A stretch of DNA of 64,000 nucleotides from an uncultured Gemmatimonadales bacterium (GCA_963851265.1 CAWKNZ010000002.1:576001-640000), one strand, 5' to 3'; positions 9,341-19,775 are shown, counted from the first letter of the stretch. The notes: generated by a model not told the origin, from the letters alone. A program made the numbers and translations.

Positions 9341-12300
9341 GTGCCTCGCTCCCGCCGCCGACTCGCCGCCTACCTCGCGGCTGGCACCCTCCTCGTCGTC
9401 GCCGGCGGGGCGGTCGGGCTCGTCGTCGCCGTGACCCAGACGAACGCCGGGCACGACTGGCTCCGCAGCAAGCTGCTGTCGACGGTCGCGCCGAGCGTGC
9501 GCGGGCGGCTGTACGTGGGCGCGATCAGCGGGGGGTTGTTCTCCGGCGTCACCGTCGATTCGGTCGAGTTGCGGAGTGCGGACGACTCGCTCGTGGCGGC
9601 GGTCGGACGGGTGCACGTCGCGTACGCGCTCCGCGACCTGATCGACAAGCGCGTGTTCCTCAAGCGCGTCGACCTCGACCGCCCGGTGATCCACCTACGG
9701 CAGTTCGAGGATGGGCACTGGAACTACAACGGCCTGTTCAGGACGAGTGCGGACAGCACGCCGAAGAGTGGGCCGGGGTTCGGGGATTTCATCGTCGCCG
9801 ATTCGGTGCGGGTGCGCGGGCTGCAGTTCGCGCTCACGCTGGCGTGGCACCCCGCCGATTCGCTGCGCGGCGCACGGCGCGACAGCGCGATCCGCGTCGC
9901 GCTCGCCGGTCGCACGCAGGGCGGGGCGGAGATCCGGCGCGTCGGGCGGTACTACAACCGCACGTACCGCTGGAGCGGCGACGCCGACCTGCCCGGGATG
10001 CGCATCGCGCGGCCGGACAGCGCGGGGCTCCGGTTCCAGGTGGCGCGGCTGGACCTCGACGAGACGGACCCGCCGTTCCGCTGGCGCAACATCCGCGGCG
10101 ACGTGCGGATCCTCGGCGACACGCTCCATGCCGACTTCCCGCACTGGGACCTCCCGGGGAGCACGGGGCAGGGGCACGCGACCGTGGTGTGGGGGAGCGA
10201 CCTGCCGATCCGGTGGGACATCCGCGTGCATGCCGATTCGATGGCGCTGGCGGACGTCTCGTGGGTGTACCCGACGCTGCCGACCACCGGCGGCGGCTCG
10301 ATGGACCTGTACATGCACAACCGGCGCGGCGACCTGCGCATCATGGAGTACGCGCTGTCCAACATGGACGTGCGTACGACGCGCTCGCACCTGACCGGGG
10401 CGATGACGTTCGCGGTGGGCGCGCCGGTGTTAGGCGTGCAGGACGTCGACGTCGCGCTGCAGCCGGTGAACTGGGACCTGCTGCGCACGTTCAACGGCAA
10501 GGCGCTGCCGTACGACTTCCAGGGCACGCTCACCGGCACGGTGAAGGCGCGCGGCGGCCCGGTGAACCGCTTCGCGGTGGACGACGCGCAGGTGACCTAC
10601 GACGACGCGCACGTGCCGGGCGCCGTGTCGCGCGTGCGGCTCGCGGGCGCGCTCGACATCCTCCGGCCGGCCGACACGCGCTTTCTCGGACTGCGGGTGA
10701 CGGACGCGTTCGTCGACCTGCGGACGCTCGAGTTCCTCAACCCGAGCTTCCCGCGGCTGCGCGGCGTGGTGACGGGGAGCACGACGCTCGACTCGCTCTA
10801 CACCGACGTGCGGCTGAGCGACGCGCGCCTGACGCACAGCGACGGCCCCGGCGCGGCGAGCACGTTCACCGGCGGTGGGCGGGTCACGTTTGGCGAGGGG
10901 CCCACGCCGACGCGCTACGACCTGACGCTGGCGGCGGAGCCGCTGTCGTTCACGACGCTGGCGCGCTCGTACCCACTGGTGGCGGTGCGCGGGTCGTACG
11001 CCGGGCCGCTGCGCATCACGGGCGCGACCGACAGTCTGGGGCTCGTCACCACGCTCACCGGGCCGGGGGGGACGCTCGCGTACGACGGGATCGTCAACGC
11101 GCTCGACCCGCGGTACGGGGCGACGGGCGCGTTCACGGGGACGGGGCTCGACCTGCGCACGCTGTTCGACGACCAGCGCCTGCCGCGCACGACGCTCGAC
11201 CTGCGCGCATCGCTCGCCCTCGTCGGTACGGGGCTGGCCGACCTCGCCGGCACGCTGCGCGCGGACCTCGGCCGCTCCGAGATCGGCGGCGTGCGCGCGT
11301 ACGGCGGCGCGGCCGCGCTGCGCTTCGCCGGTGGGCGCATGGCAGTCGACACGCTACGGCTCGAGACCGCGGCGGGGCAGGTGGCGGGCGCGGGCGGGCT
11401 CGGGCTGGCTGGGCCGGCGCGCGACTCGCTGCGGCTCGCGATCTCGATCGATTCGTTAGGCGGGCTGCGGCGGTGGCTGTCGCCGAGCGCGGTGACGGCC
11501 GAGCGCGCGGCGGTCGCGGGCGCGAGCCCGGCGGCGCGGGCGGCGGCGCGCGACCCCGTCGCGCGGCTGGTGGACGAGGCCACGCGGCGGCCGGTGGCGG
11601 GCGTGATCGCGCGCGTGGCCGGGACCGCCGGGACGGACCCGGCCGCCGCCGCGGCACCGGCGCGCGATTCGGCGGGCGCCCCCGCGGGAGGTGCCACGGC
11701 GGCGGCGCCGCCCGCGACCACCGACTCGCTCGCCGGCACGCTGCGCGCGACGGTCACGCTCGCCGGAACGCTCGACAGCGCGGCCGCCGACGGGCTCCGC
11801 GCGTCGGCCGCGGTCGACGGGCGCGGGCTCGTCTACGGCGGGTTCGCTGCGCGCGCGCTCACGCTGCGCGTGGGGGCCACGTCGCTCCGCTCGGTGCCGA
11901 ACGTGACCCTCGCGGCGACCGCGGATTCCGCGAGTGCTGGGGCGGTGACGTTCGCGAGCGCGGCGGCGCACTTCAGCGGGACGACCGCGGGCGGGCGCTA
12001 CGACGTGGCGATGGGGAGCGATTCCGGGCTGTCGCTCTCGGGCGCGGGGCACACGGTGAGCGTGGGCGACAGCACTGTGGTCGCGCTCGACAGCGCGCGC
12101 GTGGTGCCGCGCCCGGGGCACCTGTGGACGCTGGCGGCGCCGACGCGCTTCGTCGCGCGTGGCGGTACGGCGCTCGCGCCGGGCACGGGCGAGGCGGGCG
12201 GGGTCCTCGCGCTCGATCCGTTCACCCTGCGCGGCGAAGGCGAGGACCTGGGGTCGCGTCTGACGCTCGCGGCGACGCTGCCCGAGCGGGGCCCGGTCAC

Positions 12301-14209
12301 GGGCACGTTCAACGCGACGGCGGTGTCGATCCAGGACGTGGCCGAGGTAGCGGGGGCCGGGCGCGCGGTGCTGCCCGTGGACGGGCGGCTCGACGCGACG
12401 GTGCGGCTCACCGGCACGCGCGCCGAGCCGCTGCTCGTGGCGCGTGCGGGGGTGGGGGCGTTGCGGCTGGGCACCGGGACGGCGACGGCGCGGCTCGACA
12501 GCGCGACGCTCGCCGCGGACTACGGCGCGCACCGCCTGCAACTCGACCTCGGCGCGTTCGCCGCCGGGCGGCGGCTGCTCGCCGCCACGGGCTCGCTCCC
12601 CATCGACCTCGCGCTCGAGCCGTCGGCCGGGCGGCTCCCGCAGGGGACGGCGCCGTCGGACTCGCTGCGCGCGCGCGTGCGCGCCGACTCGCTCGACCTC
12701 GCGCTCGTGGCCGCGCTCGCGCCGGGCGTGCACGACGCGCGGGGCCACCTCGCGGCGACGTTCGACGTGGGCGGCACGTGGAAGGCGCCCCGGCTCGACG
12801 GAGAGCTGCGCATCCCCGCGGGCTCGCTCACGAGCGACGCGTCGGGCACGCGGCTCGAGGACGTGCGCGCCGACGTCGCGCTGCTCGGCGACAGCGTGGC
12901 GGTGCGGCGACTCTCGGTGCGGAGTGGGGGCGCCGGCGACACGCTCGCCGTCACCGGGTGGGTGAAGCTGGCGCCGGCGGACGACCCGGCGCTCGCGCTG
13001 CGCGTGACCGCACGCGACTTCCTCGCCGTCGACCGCGCGCGAGTCGCGACGCTGGCGATCTCGACGCCGACGCCGCTCGACATCCGGGGCACCTTCGGCG
13101 CGGCGCAGGTGAGCGGCGCGGTTCGCGCGGAGCGCGGCCGGATCTACATCCCGGAACTCGTCGACAAGCGGATCATCGACCTCAACGAGTACCGCGACGT
13201 CGTCGACACCACGGTGTTCCGCAACCGCACCCTGCTGCCCGGCGCGCCTGCGGCCTTCGTGGCGAACCTCGCGCTCAACGACGTGCGGCTCTCGGTGGGT
13301 GACGACGTGTGGCTGCGGAACGCGGAGGCGAACATCAAGCTCGGCGGGTCGCTCGCGGTGACGCGCGCCGTCGTGCAGGTGAACGGGCGCGCAGTCCCGC
13401 AGCTCGCGCTGCTGGGCTCGCTCGCGGTGGAGCGCGGGACGTACCGCCTCGACCTGCTGCCGCTGGCGCAGCCGAGCTTCGACGTGCAGCCGGGGACGCT
13501 GCGCTTCTTCGGCGCGGGCGACCTCAACCCGGTCCTCGACATCCGCGCGGTGCACGTGGTGCGGCAGACGCGGCAGTTCACCAACAGCCCCGACGTGCAC
13601 GTGCAGGTCGCGATCGGCGGCACGCTCAACCAGCCCACGCTGCAGCTGTCGAGCACCGACAACCCGCCGATCCCGGACACGGACCTCATCAGCTACCTCG
13701 TCACGGGCGAGCCCGCGGCGGCCATCTTCGGCAACGCGCAGTCGAGCGACCAGCTCGCGGCCGCGGCGTCGATCGTCTCGCGCCTCGCGGGCAGCCTCGT
13801 GTCGGGCGCGCTGTCGCGCGGCAACGGGCCTTTCGACATCATCTCGGTCGAGACCGGCGCGGTCACCGCCGACCCGGCGCTCGCCCGCTCGACCAACAGC
13901 TTCTCCAACATCCTCTCGAGCACGCGCCTGGGCGTGGGCGGCCAGCTCGGACAGAAGACGTTCTACACGTTCAGCACGGGGTTCTGCAGCTTCTCGCAGA
14001 ACAGCGACGCGTCCACCAACCTGTTCAACAACTTCACGCGCGGGCTCGGCGTGCGGGTCGAGCGGCGGGTGACGAACACGTTCTCGGTGCAGGTGGGCGT
14101 CGAACCCGCGCTGGCGCAACAGGCCTGCCTGACCAATGCGACCACGCGCTACTTCCAGCAGACGCCGTCGCAGGGAAGCCTCGACTTCACCAAGCGGTGG
14201 ACGTTCTAG
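9341..14209 (+). CDS. tamB: Translocation/assembly module TamB-like protein (1622 aa)
   Basis: N-terminal TM anchor, long beta-rich body, C-terminal DUF490-like segment (NPVLDIRA...IGGTLNQPTLQLSS...DLISYLVTG). Confidence 0.85.
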   Translation: MPRSRRRLAAYLAAGTLLVVAGGAVGLVVAVTQTNAGHDWLRSKLLSTVAPSVRGRLYVGAISGGLFSGVTVDSVELRSADDSLVAAVGRVHVAYALRDLIDKRVFLKRVDLDRPVIHLRQFEDGHWNYNGLFRTSADSTPKSGPGFGDFIVADSVRVRGLQFALTLAWHPADSLRGARRDSAIRVALAGRTQGGAEIRRVGRYYNRTYRWSGDADLPGMRIARPDSAGLRFQVARLDLDETDPPFRWRNIRGDVRILGDTLHADFPHWDLPGSTGQGHATVVWGSDLPIRWDIRVHADSMALADVSWVYPTLPTTGGGSMDLYMHNRRGDLRIMEYALSNMDVRTTRSHLTGAMTFAVGAPVLGVQDVDVALQPVNWDLLRTFNGKALPYDFQGTLTGTVKARGGPVNRFAVDDAQVTYDDAHVPGAVSRVRLAGALDILRPADTRFLGLRVTDAFVDLRTLEFLNPSFPRLRGVVTGSTTLDSLYTDVRLSDARLTHSDGPGAASTFTGGGRVTFGEGPTPTRYDLTLAAEPLSFTTLARSYPLVAVRGSYAGPLRITGATDSLGLVTTLTGPGGTLAYDGIVNALDPRYGATGAFTGTGLDLRTLFDDQRLPRTTLDLRASLALVGTGLADLAGTLRADLGRSEIGGVRAYGGAAALRFAGGRMAVDTLRLETAAGQVAGAGGLGLAGPARDSLRLAISIDSLGGLRRWLSPSAVTAERAAVAGASPAARAAARDPVARLVDEATRRPVAGVIARVAGTAGTDPAAAAAPARDSAGAPAGGATAAAPPATTDSLAGTLRATVTLAGTLDSAAADGLRASAAVDGRGLVYGGFAARALTLRVGATSLRSVPNVTLAATADSASAGAVTFASAAAHFSGTTAGGRYDVAMGSDSGLSLSGAGHTVSVGDSTVVALDSARVVPRPGHLWTLAAPTRFVARGGTALAPGTGEAGGVLALDPFTLRGEGEDLGSRLTLAATLPERGPVTGTFNATAVSIQDVAEVAGAGRAVLPVDGRLDATVRLTGTRAEPLLVARAGVGALRLGTGTATARLDSATLAADYGAHRLQLDLGAFAAGRRLLAATGSLPIDLALEPSAGRLPQGTAPSDSLRARVRADSLDLALVAALAPGVHDARGHLAATFDVGGTWKAPRLDGELRIPAGSLTSDASGTRLEDVRADVALLGDSVAVRRLSVRSGGAGDTLAVTGWVKLAPADDPALALRVTARDFLAVDRARVATLAISTPTPLDIRGTFGAAQVSGAVRAERGRIYIPELVDKRIIDLNEYRDVVDTTVFRNRTLLPGAPAAFVANLALNDVRLSVGDDVWLRNAEANIKLGGSLAVTRAVVQVNGRAVPQLALLGSLAVERGTYRLDLLPLAQPSFDVQPGTLRFFGAGDLNPVLDIRAVHVVRQTRQFTNSPDVHVQVAIGGTLNQPTLQLSSTDNPPIPDTDLISYLVTGEPAAAIFGNAQSSDQLAAAASIVSRLAGSLVSGALSRGNGPFDIISVETGAVTADPALARSTNSFSNILSSTRLGVGGQLGQKTFYTFSTGFCSFSQNSDASTNLFNNFTRGLGVRVERRVTNTFSVQVGVEPALAQQACLTNATTRYFQQTPSQGSLDFTKRWTF

Positions 14210-14309
14210 CCGGCGCGGGCGCGTCGAGCGCGCTCGCGCTCGAGGTGCCCCCGCTCGGCGCCGCCGCGGGGCGCGTTCCGGGGGGAGCGTTCCGGCGCGC
14301 TGCTCGCGC

Positions 14310-15227
14310 GTGCTGCTGGTCGTGAACCCGCTCGCACGCCGCTCGCCCGCGCGGGAGCGCGCGGCCGTCGCGGCGTTCGGCCGCGCAGGCGTCGCGTGCG
14401 ACGTGCGGCGGACCGAGGCGGCGGGCCACGCCGCCGTCCTCGCGCGCGCGCTCGTGCCGGGCGCGAGGGCCGACGCGGTGGCGCCGTACGACGCCGTGTT
14501 CGTGCTCGGCGGCGACGGAACGGCGATGGACGTGGTCGGCGCCCTCGCCGGGACGGGCGTGGCGGTCGGCGTCCTCCCGGGCGGGACGGGCAACCTCGTC
14601 GCCCGTACGCTCGGCATCCCGTTGGACACGGCGCGCGCCGTGGCGGCGCTGCTCGCGGGCGGGCGCGCGCGCGTGGACCTCGGCGCGCTGCGCGTGGCCG
14701 GCGCGCCGGCGGCGCGCCCGTTCGCGTTCGCGGCGGGGGTGGGGGTGGACGCGCGGATGATCGAGGGCACGTCGGCCGCGTGGAAGCGGCGCGTGGGCGT
14801 GTTCGCGTACGCGGTGACGGCCGCGCGCGCCGTGATCGCCGGCGAGCGCTTCGCCGTGCGCGTGGTCGTCGACGGCGAGGAGGTGCGGGCCAACGCGAGC
14901 GCGGTGATCGTCGCAAACTTCGGGGCCGTGCTCGGCGACTTGTTCCGGTTCGGCCCGGACATCCGCGAGGACGACGGGCGACTCGACGTCTGCATCTTCC
15001 AGCCGACGTCGTTCGCGAGTTCGGCGGGCGCGTTCCTGCGCCTGCTGCGGAAGGACTTCCGCCCGCACGCCGCGCTCGTCTACCGGGCGGGGCGCACCAT
15101 CGCCGTCGAGACCGACCCGCCGCGCCCCGTGCAGGCCGACGGCGAACTCCTGGGGCGCACGCCGTTCGTCGTCGACACGCTCCCGCTCGCGGCGACCCTC
15201 CTCGTGCCGCGTGCCCGCCATGTCTGA
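14310..15227 (+). CDS. Diacylglycerol/lipid kinase family protein (YegS/DAGK); start approximate
   Basis: VVNP, LGGDGT, LPGGTGN, GVGVDA, DDGRLDV, QADGE. Confidence 0.9.
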   Translation: MLLVVNPLARRSPARERAAVAAFGRAGVACDVRRTEAAGHAAVLARALVPGARADAVAPYDAVFVLGGDGTAMDVVGALAGTGVAVGVLPGGTGNLVARTLGIPLDTARAVAALLAGGRARVDLGALRVAGAPAARPFAFAAGVGVDARMIEGTSAAWKRRVGVFAYAVTAARAVIAGERFAVRVVVDGEEVRANASAVIVANFGAVLGDLFRFGPDIREDDGRLDVCIFQPTSFASSAGAFLRLLRKDFRPHAALVYRAGRTIAVETDPPRPVQADGELLGRTPFVVDTLPLAATLLVPRARHV

Positions 15228-16245
15228 CCTTCTCGCCGGGACGGGCGTACCGGTGGTGGACCTCGCCGCGTTCGGCCTCGCCGTCGGCCACGCGACCGAC
15301 GCGGAGGGCGCAACGGGGTGCACGGTCGTGCGCGGCCTCGACCACGCGCTCCGTGCGGCCGCGGCCGTCGTCGGGCGGGCGACGGGCACGCGCGAACTCG
15401 CCGCGATCGCGCCCGAAGGGCTCGTGGGACGGGCGGACGCCGTGCTCCTCACCGGCGGGTCGGCGTACGGGCTGGACGCGGCGGCGGGGGTGATGCGCTG
15501 GATGGCGGAGCGCGGGCGCGGCTTCCCGGTGGGCGCGGGCGTGGTGCCGATCGTGCCCGCGGCGGTGCTCTTCGACCTCGCTCCGTTGGGCAACTTCGAC
15601 GCGCGGCCGACGCCCGCGATGGCCTACGCCGCGTGCGACGCGGCCGCCGCGCGCGTCACCGAGCAGGGGAGCGTGGGCGCGGGCGCGGGGGCGACGGTGG
15701 GCAAGGCGATGGGCGCGGCCGGGGCGATGAAGGGCGGGGTCGGGTGCGCGGTGGCGGGGGAGGGAGCGCTCCGCGCCGCGGCAGTCGCGGCGGTGAACGC
15801 GTTCGGCGACGTGCGCGACGCGACGGGCGCGATCATCGCCGGGCTCCGGTCGCCCGACGGCGCGCTCGTCGATACGCTCGCCCTCTTGCTCGCCGGCGCG
15901 GCGGCCGCGCGGTCGTTCGCGGACGCCTCGCGGGCCGGCGCGAACACCACGCTCTGCGTCGTCGCGCTCTCGGCCGCGGTTGACCGCGTCGCGCTCGCGC
16001 AGGTGGCGCGGGCCAGCGCGGCCGCGCTCGCGCGACGGGTCACGCCGAGCGGAACGAGCTTCGACGGCGACGTCGTGTTCGCACTCTGTCCCGACGAGCC
16101 CGCCGCCGCGGCCGATCCGGCGTTCCTGCTCGCGGCCGAGGTGCTCGCGACCGCCGCACTCGAAACCGCGATCGAGCGCGCGGTGCGCTACGCCGTCGGC
16201 CGCGACGGGGTGCCGGGGCTCGCCGATCCCACTCCCGACGCGTGA
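15220..16245 (+). CDS. Peptidase family S58/P1 (DmpA-like aminopeptidase)
   Basis: VGHAT...TGCTV, LTGGSAYGL, GSVGAGAGA, VNAFGDV, NTT autoprocessing motif, DGDVVF. Confidence 0.9.
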   Translation: MSDLLAGTGVPVVDLAAFGLAVGHATDAEGATGCTVVRGLDHALRAAAAVVGRATGTRELAAIAPEGLVGRADAVLLTGGSAYGLDAAAGVMRWMAERGRGFPVGAGVVPIVPAAVLFDLAPLGNFDARPTPAMAYAACDAAAARVTEQGSVGAGAGATVGKAMGAAGAMKGGVGCAVAGEGALRAAAVAAVNAFGDVRDATGAIIAGLRSPDGALVDTLALLLAGAAAARSFADASRAGANTTLCVVALSAAVDRVALAQVARASAAALARRVTPSGTSFDGDVVFALCPDEPAAAADPAFLLAAEVLATAALETAIERAVRYAVGRDGVPGLADPTPDA

Positions 16246-17057
16246 CGCCGATGACCGAACCTATTCCAATGACGGGGTACGCCCTGGTGCGCGTCCCAGT
16301 CGCGCCCGTGCATGCGGAGCCACGCGTGTCGAGCGCGCAGACGACGCAGACCACGTACGGCCGGGTGCTCGTCGTCCGCGACCGCCGCGGCGACTGGTAC
16401 GACGCGCAGACGACGCCCGACGGCTACCGCGGCTGGATTCACGCCGGGTACGTCACGGCGGTCGACGACGAAGAGGGGGCGCCGGCTTCGGCGGCCGCCG
16501 CCACGCCCGGCGCGGGGCTCCGCGTCTCGCTCGGGTGCACCGTGCGCGCCGGCGCGCGCACACTCCGCCTTCCGTTGGGCGCGTGGGTCGGCGCGGACGC
16601 GGCGGTGCTCGACGGCGAGGCCGTCGAGATGAGCGCGCTCGCCGAGCGGTTCGAGCGCGATGGCGGGGCGGTCGTGGGCACGGCGTCACGCTATTTCGGG
16701 TCGACGAGTTACCAATGGGGCGGCGTCACGCCGTGGGGGGCGGACTGTTCGGGGTTCGTGCAGGCCGTGTTCGCGCTGCACGGCGTGGACGTGCCGCGCG
16801 ACGCGTCGCAGCAGATCGCCATCGGCGCCGACGCGGGGCGCGAGTTCGCCCTCCACGCGCCGGGCGACCTGCTCTTCTTTTCCGACCGCGACGACGGGCG
16901 CGCGACGCACGTCGGGCTCGCGGCAGGCGGCGGACGGATGCTGCACATCGCGCTCGGGCGCGGTGGGTTCGCCGCGGAAGACCTCGTGGGGGACGACGAC
17001 GCCTACGTGGTCGCGCTGCGCGCACGGTTCGTGGGGGCGCGGCGCGCGCTGCCCTGA
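16242..17057 (+). CDS. SH3 + NlpC/P60 (C40) peptidase, YkfC-like, no signal peptide
   Basis: DGYRGW SH3 motif; YQWGG...GADCSGFV, PRDASQQ, PGDLLFF, THVG. Confidence 0.9.
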   Translation: MTPMTEPIPMTGYALVRVPVAPVHAEPRVSSAQTTQTTYGRVLVVRDRRGDWYDAQTTPDGYRGWIHAGYVTAVDDEEGAPASAAAATPGAGLRVSLGCTVRAGARTLRLPLGAWVGADAAVLDGEAVEMSALAERFERDGGAVVGTASRYFGSTSYQWGGVTPWGADCSGFVQAVFALHGVDVPRDASQQIAIGADAGREFALHAPGDLLFFSDRDDGRATHVGLAAGGGRMLHIALGRGGFAAEDLVGDDDAYVVALRARFVGARRALP

Positions 17058-17118
17058 TCCCGTCACGCGGTGGGCCGCGGGGGTCCAGCAGCACGGGGGG
17101 ACCCGCTTAGGTTGCGGG

Positions 17119-18120
17119 ATGGCAACGACCGTGCAGGGCCTCGCGCCCGGCCCGTCGGACGTCGCGCCCGAGCCGGCGCCGACCCCGCGGCCGGGCGCGA
17201 CGCGCACCACCCCGCCCTCAGGCGCCCAATCCGCATCCGCCGCCGCCGGCACGCGCGCCGACCATGCGCTGCTCGTGCTCATGGCGCTCATCTGGGGCGT
17301 CAACTTCAGCGTGCTGAAGGTCGGGACGCGCTACGTCGACCCGGCCACGTTCAACGGCGCGCGCGTGCTGCTCGCGACGCTCGTGCTCGCGGTGGCCGCG
17401 GCGGTCCGCCGCGCCCCCGCCCCCTCGCGCGCCGACGCGCTGCGCCTCGTGCTGCTGGGCGTGCTCGGGAACGGCGTCTACCAGCTGTGCTTCATCGAGG
17501 GGCTCGCGCGCAGTGAGAGCGGGACCACGGCCCTGATTCTCGCGGGCGGGCCCGCCTTCATCGGCATCATCGGGCGGCTGGTCGGAACGGAGCGGCCGAG
17601 CGCGCGCGCGTGGGGCGGGATCGCGCTGCAGGTGGCCGGAGTCGCGGGCGTCGTGTTCGGCGCTGCGGCGGCGATGCCGGCTGCTGGAGCTACGAACGCG
17701 CCGGTGGGTGTGCTGCTCGTCGTCGCGGCGTCGCTCGCGTGGTCGGTGTACGCGGTACTGCTCAAGCCGCTCGCGCGGCGCGTGGATGGCGTGCAGGTCG
17801 CGGCGTGGACGCTCGCCGGCGGCGCGCTCACGCTCGGCGCCGCGGCCGTGCCGGCGATCGCGCGCGGGGCGCTCGGCGCGCTGCCGGTGCAGGGGTGGGC
17901 GGCGATGGCGTACAGCGGCGTGCTCGCCCTCTCGGTCGCGTACCTCTTCTACTACCGCGGCGTGCGCACGGTGGGCGCGGTGCGCACGGCGATGTACACC
18001 AACCTGCAGCCGGTGGTCGCGCTCGGCGTCGGCTTCGTGGCGTTAGGCGAACGGCCGGGCGGGTGGCAGCTCGTCGGCGCCGGGCTCATCGGCGCGGGCC
18101 TGCTTGCCTCGCGTGACTGA
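17119..18120 (+). CDS. EamA/DMT family transporter
   Basis: LIWGVNF, about ten hydrophobic helices, NLQPVVA...LGE. Confidence 0.9.
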   Translation: MATTVQGLAPGPSDVAPEPAPTPRPGATRTTPPSGAQSASAAAGTRADHALLVLMALIWGVNFSVLKVGTRYVDPATFNGARVLLATLVLAVAAAVRRAPAPSRADALRLVLLGVLGNGVYQLCFIEGLARSESGTTALILAGGPAFIGIIGRLVGTERPSARAWGGIALQVAGVAGVVFGAAAAMPAAGATNAPVGVLLVVAASLAWSVYAVLLKPLARRVDGVQVAAWTLAGGALTLGAAAVPAIARGALGALPVQGWAAMAYSGVLALSVAYLFYYRGVRTVGAVRTAMYTNLQPVVALGVGFVALGERPGGWQLVGAGLIGAGLLASRD

Positions 18121-18145
18121 CCACCGACCCGTGACCGACCGCGTG

Positions 18146-18841
18146 ATGACGACCCGCCTCGTCCTGTTCGACATCGACGGCACACTGATCCGCGGCAACG
18201 GGGCCGCCAAACGCTCGTTCGAGGCCTCCCTCGTGGCCGCGTTCGGCACCGCGGGCGACACGAGCATCCCCTTCGACGGCAAGACGGATCCGCAGATCGC
18301 GCGTGAGCTGATGCGGTCGGCGGGCTTCGACGACGCGGCCATCGACGCGCGCATGGACGCCGTCGTCGCCGGGTACCTCGAGCGCCTCCGGGCCGAGCTG
18401 GTCGCGGGCACCGGCACGTTCGAGGCGCTGCCGGGTGTGCCGGCGCTGCTCGACGCACTCGCGGCGCGCGACGACGTCGTGCTCGGGCTGCTGACCGGGA
18501 ACGTCGCGGCGGGCGCGGCGGTGAAGCTCGGGGCGGCCGGGATCGACGCGTCACGGTTTCCGGTCGGGGCGTTCGGGAGCGACGGCGAGCACCGCCCCGA
18601 CCTCCCCGAAATCGCGCGCCGACGCGGCGAGGCGCTCGTCGGCGAACCGCTGCGCGGCGGCGACGTGGTCGTGATCGGGGACACCCCGGCCGACATCGGC
18701 TGCGCGCGCCCGATCGGCGCGCGCAGCGTCGGCGTGGCGACGGGGCGCTACGGCGTGGACGAGCTCGCGTCGCACGCCGCGGCGGCGGTGGTCGCCGATT
18801 TCTGCGACACCGCTTCCGCCGTGGCGGCGGTGCTCGGCTAG
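18146..18841 (+). CDS. HAD-superfamily hydrolase
   Basis: LFDIDGTL, LLTGN, IGDTPADI. Confidence 0.9.
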   Translation: MTTRLVLFDIDGTLIRGNGAAKRSFEASLVAAFGTAGDTSIPFDGKTDPQIARELMRSAGFDDAAIDARMDAVVAGYLERLRAELVAGTGTFEALPGVPALLDALAARDDVVLGLLTGNVAAGAAVKLGAAGIDASRFPVGAFGSDGEHRPDLPEIARRRGEALVGEPLRGGDVVVIGDTPADIGCARPIGARSVGVATGRYGVDELASHAAAAVVADFCDTASAVAAVLG

Positions 18842-18844
18842 CGC

Positions 18845-19375
18845 GTGGACGACGGTTCGTACGCGATCCCGGAGCTGACGCGCGCACTCCGCACGTTCGC
18901 GTCGCAACGCGGCGCGCCGGGCTCGGACCACGACCGCTACTTCGCGCCGCTCGTCGGCGCGCTGCGCGCGGCCCGCGACGCGCTCGCCGCCGGAGATCCG
19001 GCGCCGTGGCGGGCCGCGGAACGCGTGGACGCGCAGGGAGTGGCCGACGCCATGCGCGAGGCCTGTGGCGCGCTGGCCGAGGCGCGCGCTGCCGGGTCGG
19101 CGACCGCGCGCCGGGCGCTCGAGGCGGAATTGCTCGAACTCGCCGAGCCCACCTTCGCCGCGCTGGGCGAGGTAGGCGCGCGCGCCCGCGCGCTCGCCGA
19201 CGCGGACGCGGACGCGCGGGCCGCCGCGTGGGGTGCGTGGACGGCGGCGTTGGGCCGCGCGTTCGCCGCCGCCGACGCGTCGTGGGAGGCGTCGCTGCCC
19301 GCGCTCGCCGACCCGCGCGGGGGCGTCGGGCGCCTCTGGCGCTCGATCCTCCGCCAGCGCGGCGGGCGCGCGTGA
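18845..19375 (+). CDS. Hypothetical Ala-rich helical protein
   Basis: Fills the gap between the HAD gene and acpS on the same strand with typical codon usage. Confidence 0.6.
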   Translation: MDDGSYAIPELTRALRTFASQRGAPGSDHDRYFAPLVGALRAARDALAAGDPAPWRAAERVDAQGVADAMREACGALAEARAAGSATARRALEAELLELAEPTFAALGEVGARARALADADADARAAAWGAWTAALGRAFAAADASWEASLPALADPRGGVGRLWRSILRQRGGRA

Positions 19376-19382
19376 GGCGGCG

Positions 19383-19775
19383 GTGATCCTCGGCGTCGGG
19401 TTCGATCTCGTCGACATCGCGCGCGTCGCGGCGCTCCTCGAGTCCAAGGGCGAGCGCGCGGTCACGCGGCTGTTCTCACCCGCGGAGGCGGAGTACGCGC
19501 GGGCCCGCGCGGAGCCCGCACGCCACTTCGCCGCCCGATTTGCGGCGAAGGAGGCCGTGTACAAGGCGCTCGCCGGGACTGCGGAGGCGCGCGGCATCGG
19601 CTGGCGCGATACGGAGGTCGTGACCGCATGGGACGGGCGCCCGCAGGTCGTGCTGCACGGGCGCGCGGCCGAATGCGCGGCCGCGTTAGGTGTCGTGCGG
19701 GTGCACCTGTCGCTCACGCACGCCGAACTCGTCGCCGGCGCGGTGGTGGTGCTGGAGGGCGCGCCGCCGGCGTAG
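19383..19775 (+). CDS. acpS: Holo-[acyl-carrier-protein] synthase
   Basis: GVGFDLVD, FAARFAAKEA, GRP, HLSLTH. Confidence 0.93.
   Translation: MILGVGFDLVDIARVAALLESKGERAVTRLFSPAEAEYARARAEPARHFAARFAAKEAVYKALAGTAEARGIGWRDTEVVTAWDGRPQVVLHGRAAECAAALGVVRVHLSLTHAELVAGAVVVLEGAPPA

Noticed and set aside
11470..11730. Ala/Pro-rich stretch in tamB as an intein or insertion element
   Set aside because: Low-complexity linker with no intein terminal motifs or flanking repeats.
11456..14995. Very long antisense or off-frame ORFs (e.g. 11456-14995, 9844-13302, the 5' part of 50070-54305, 21922-24138)
   Set aside because: Arg/Ala/Pro-rich shadow frames expected at this GC content; they overlap well-supported genes and carry no family motifs.
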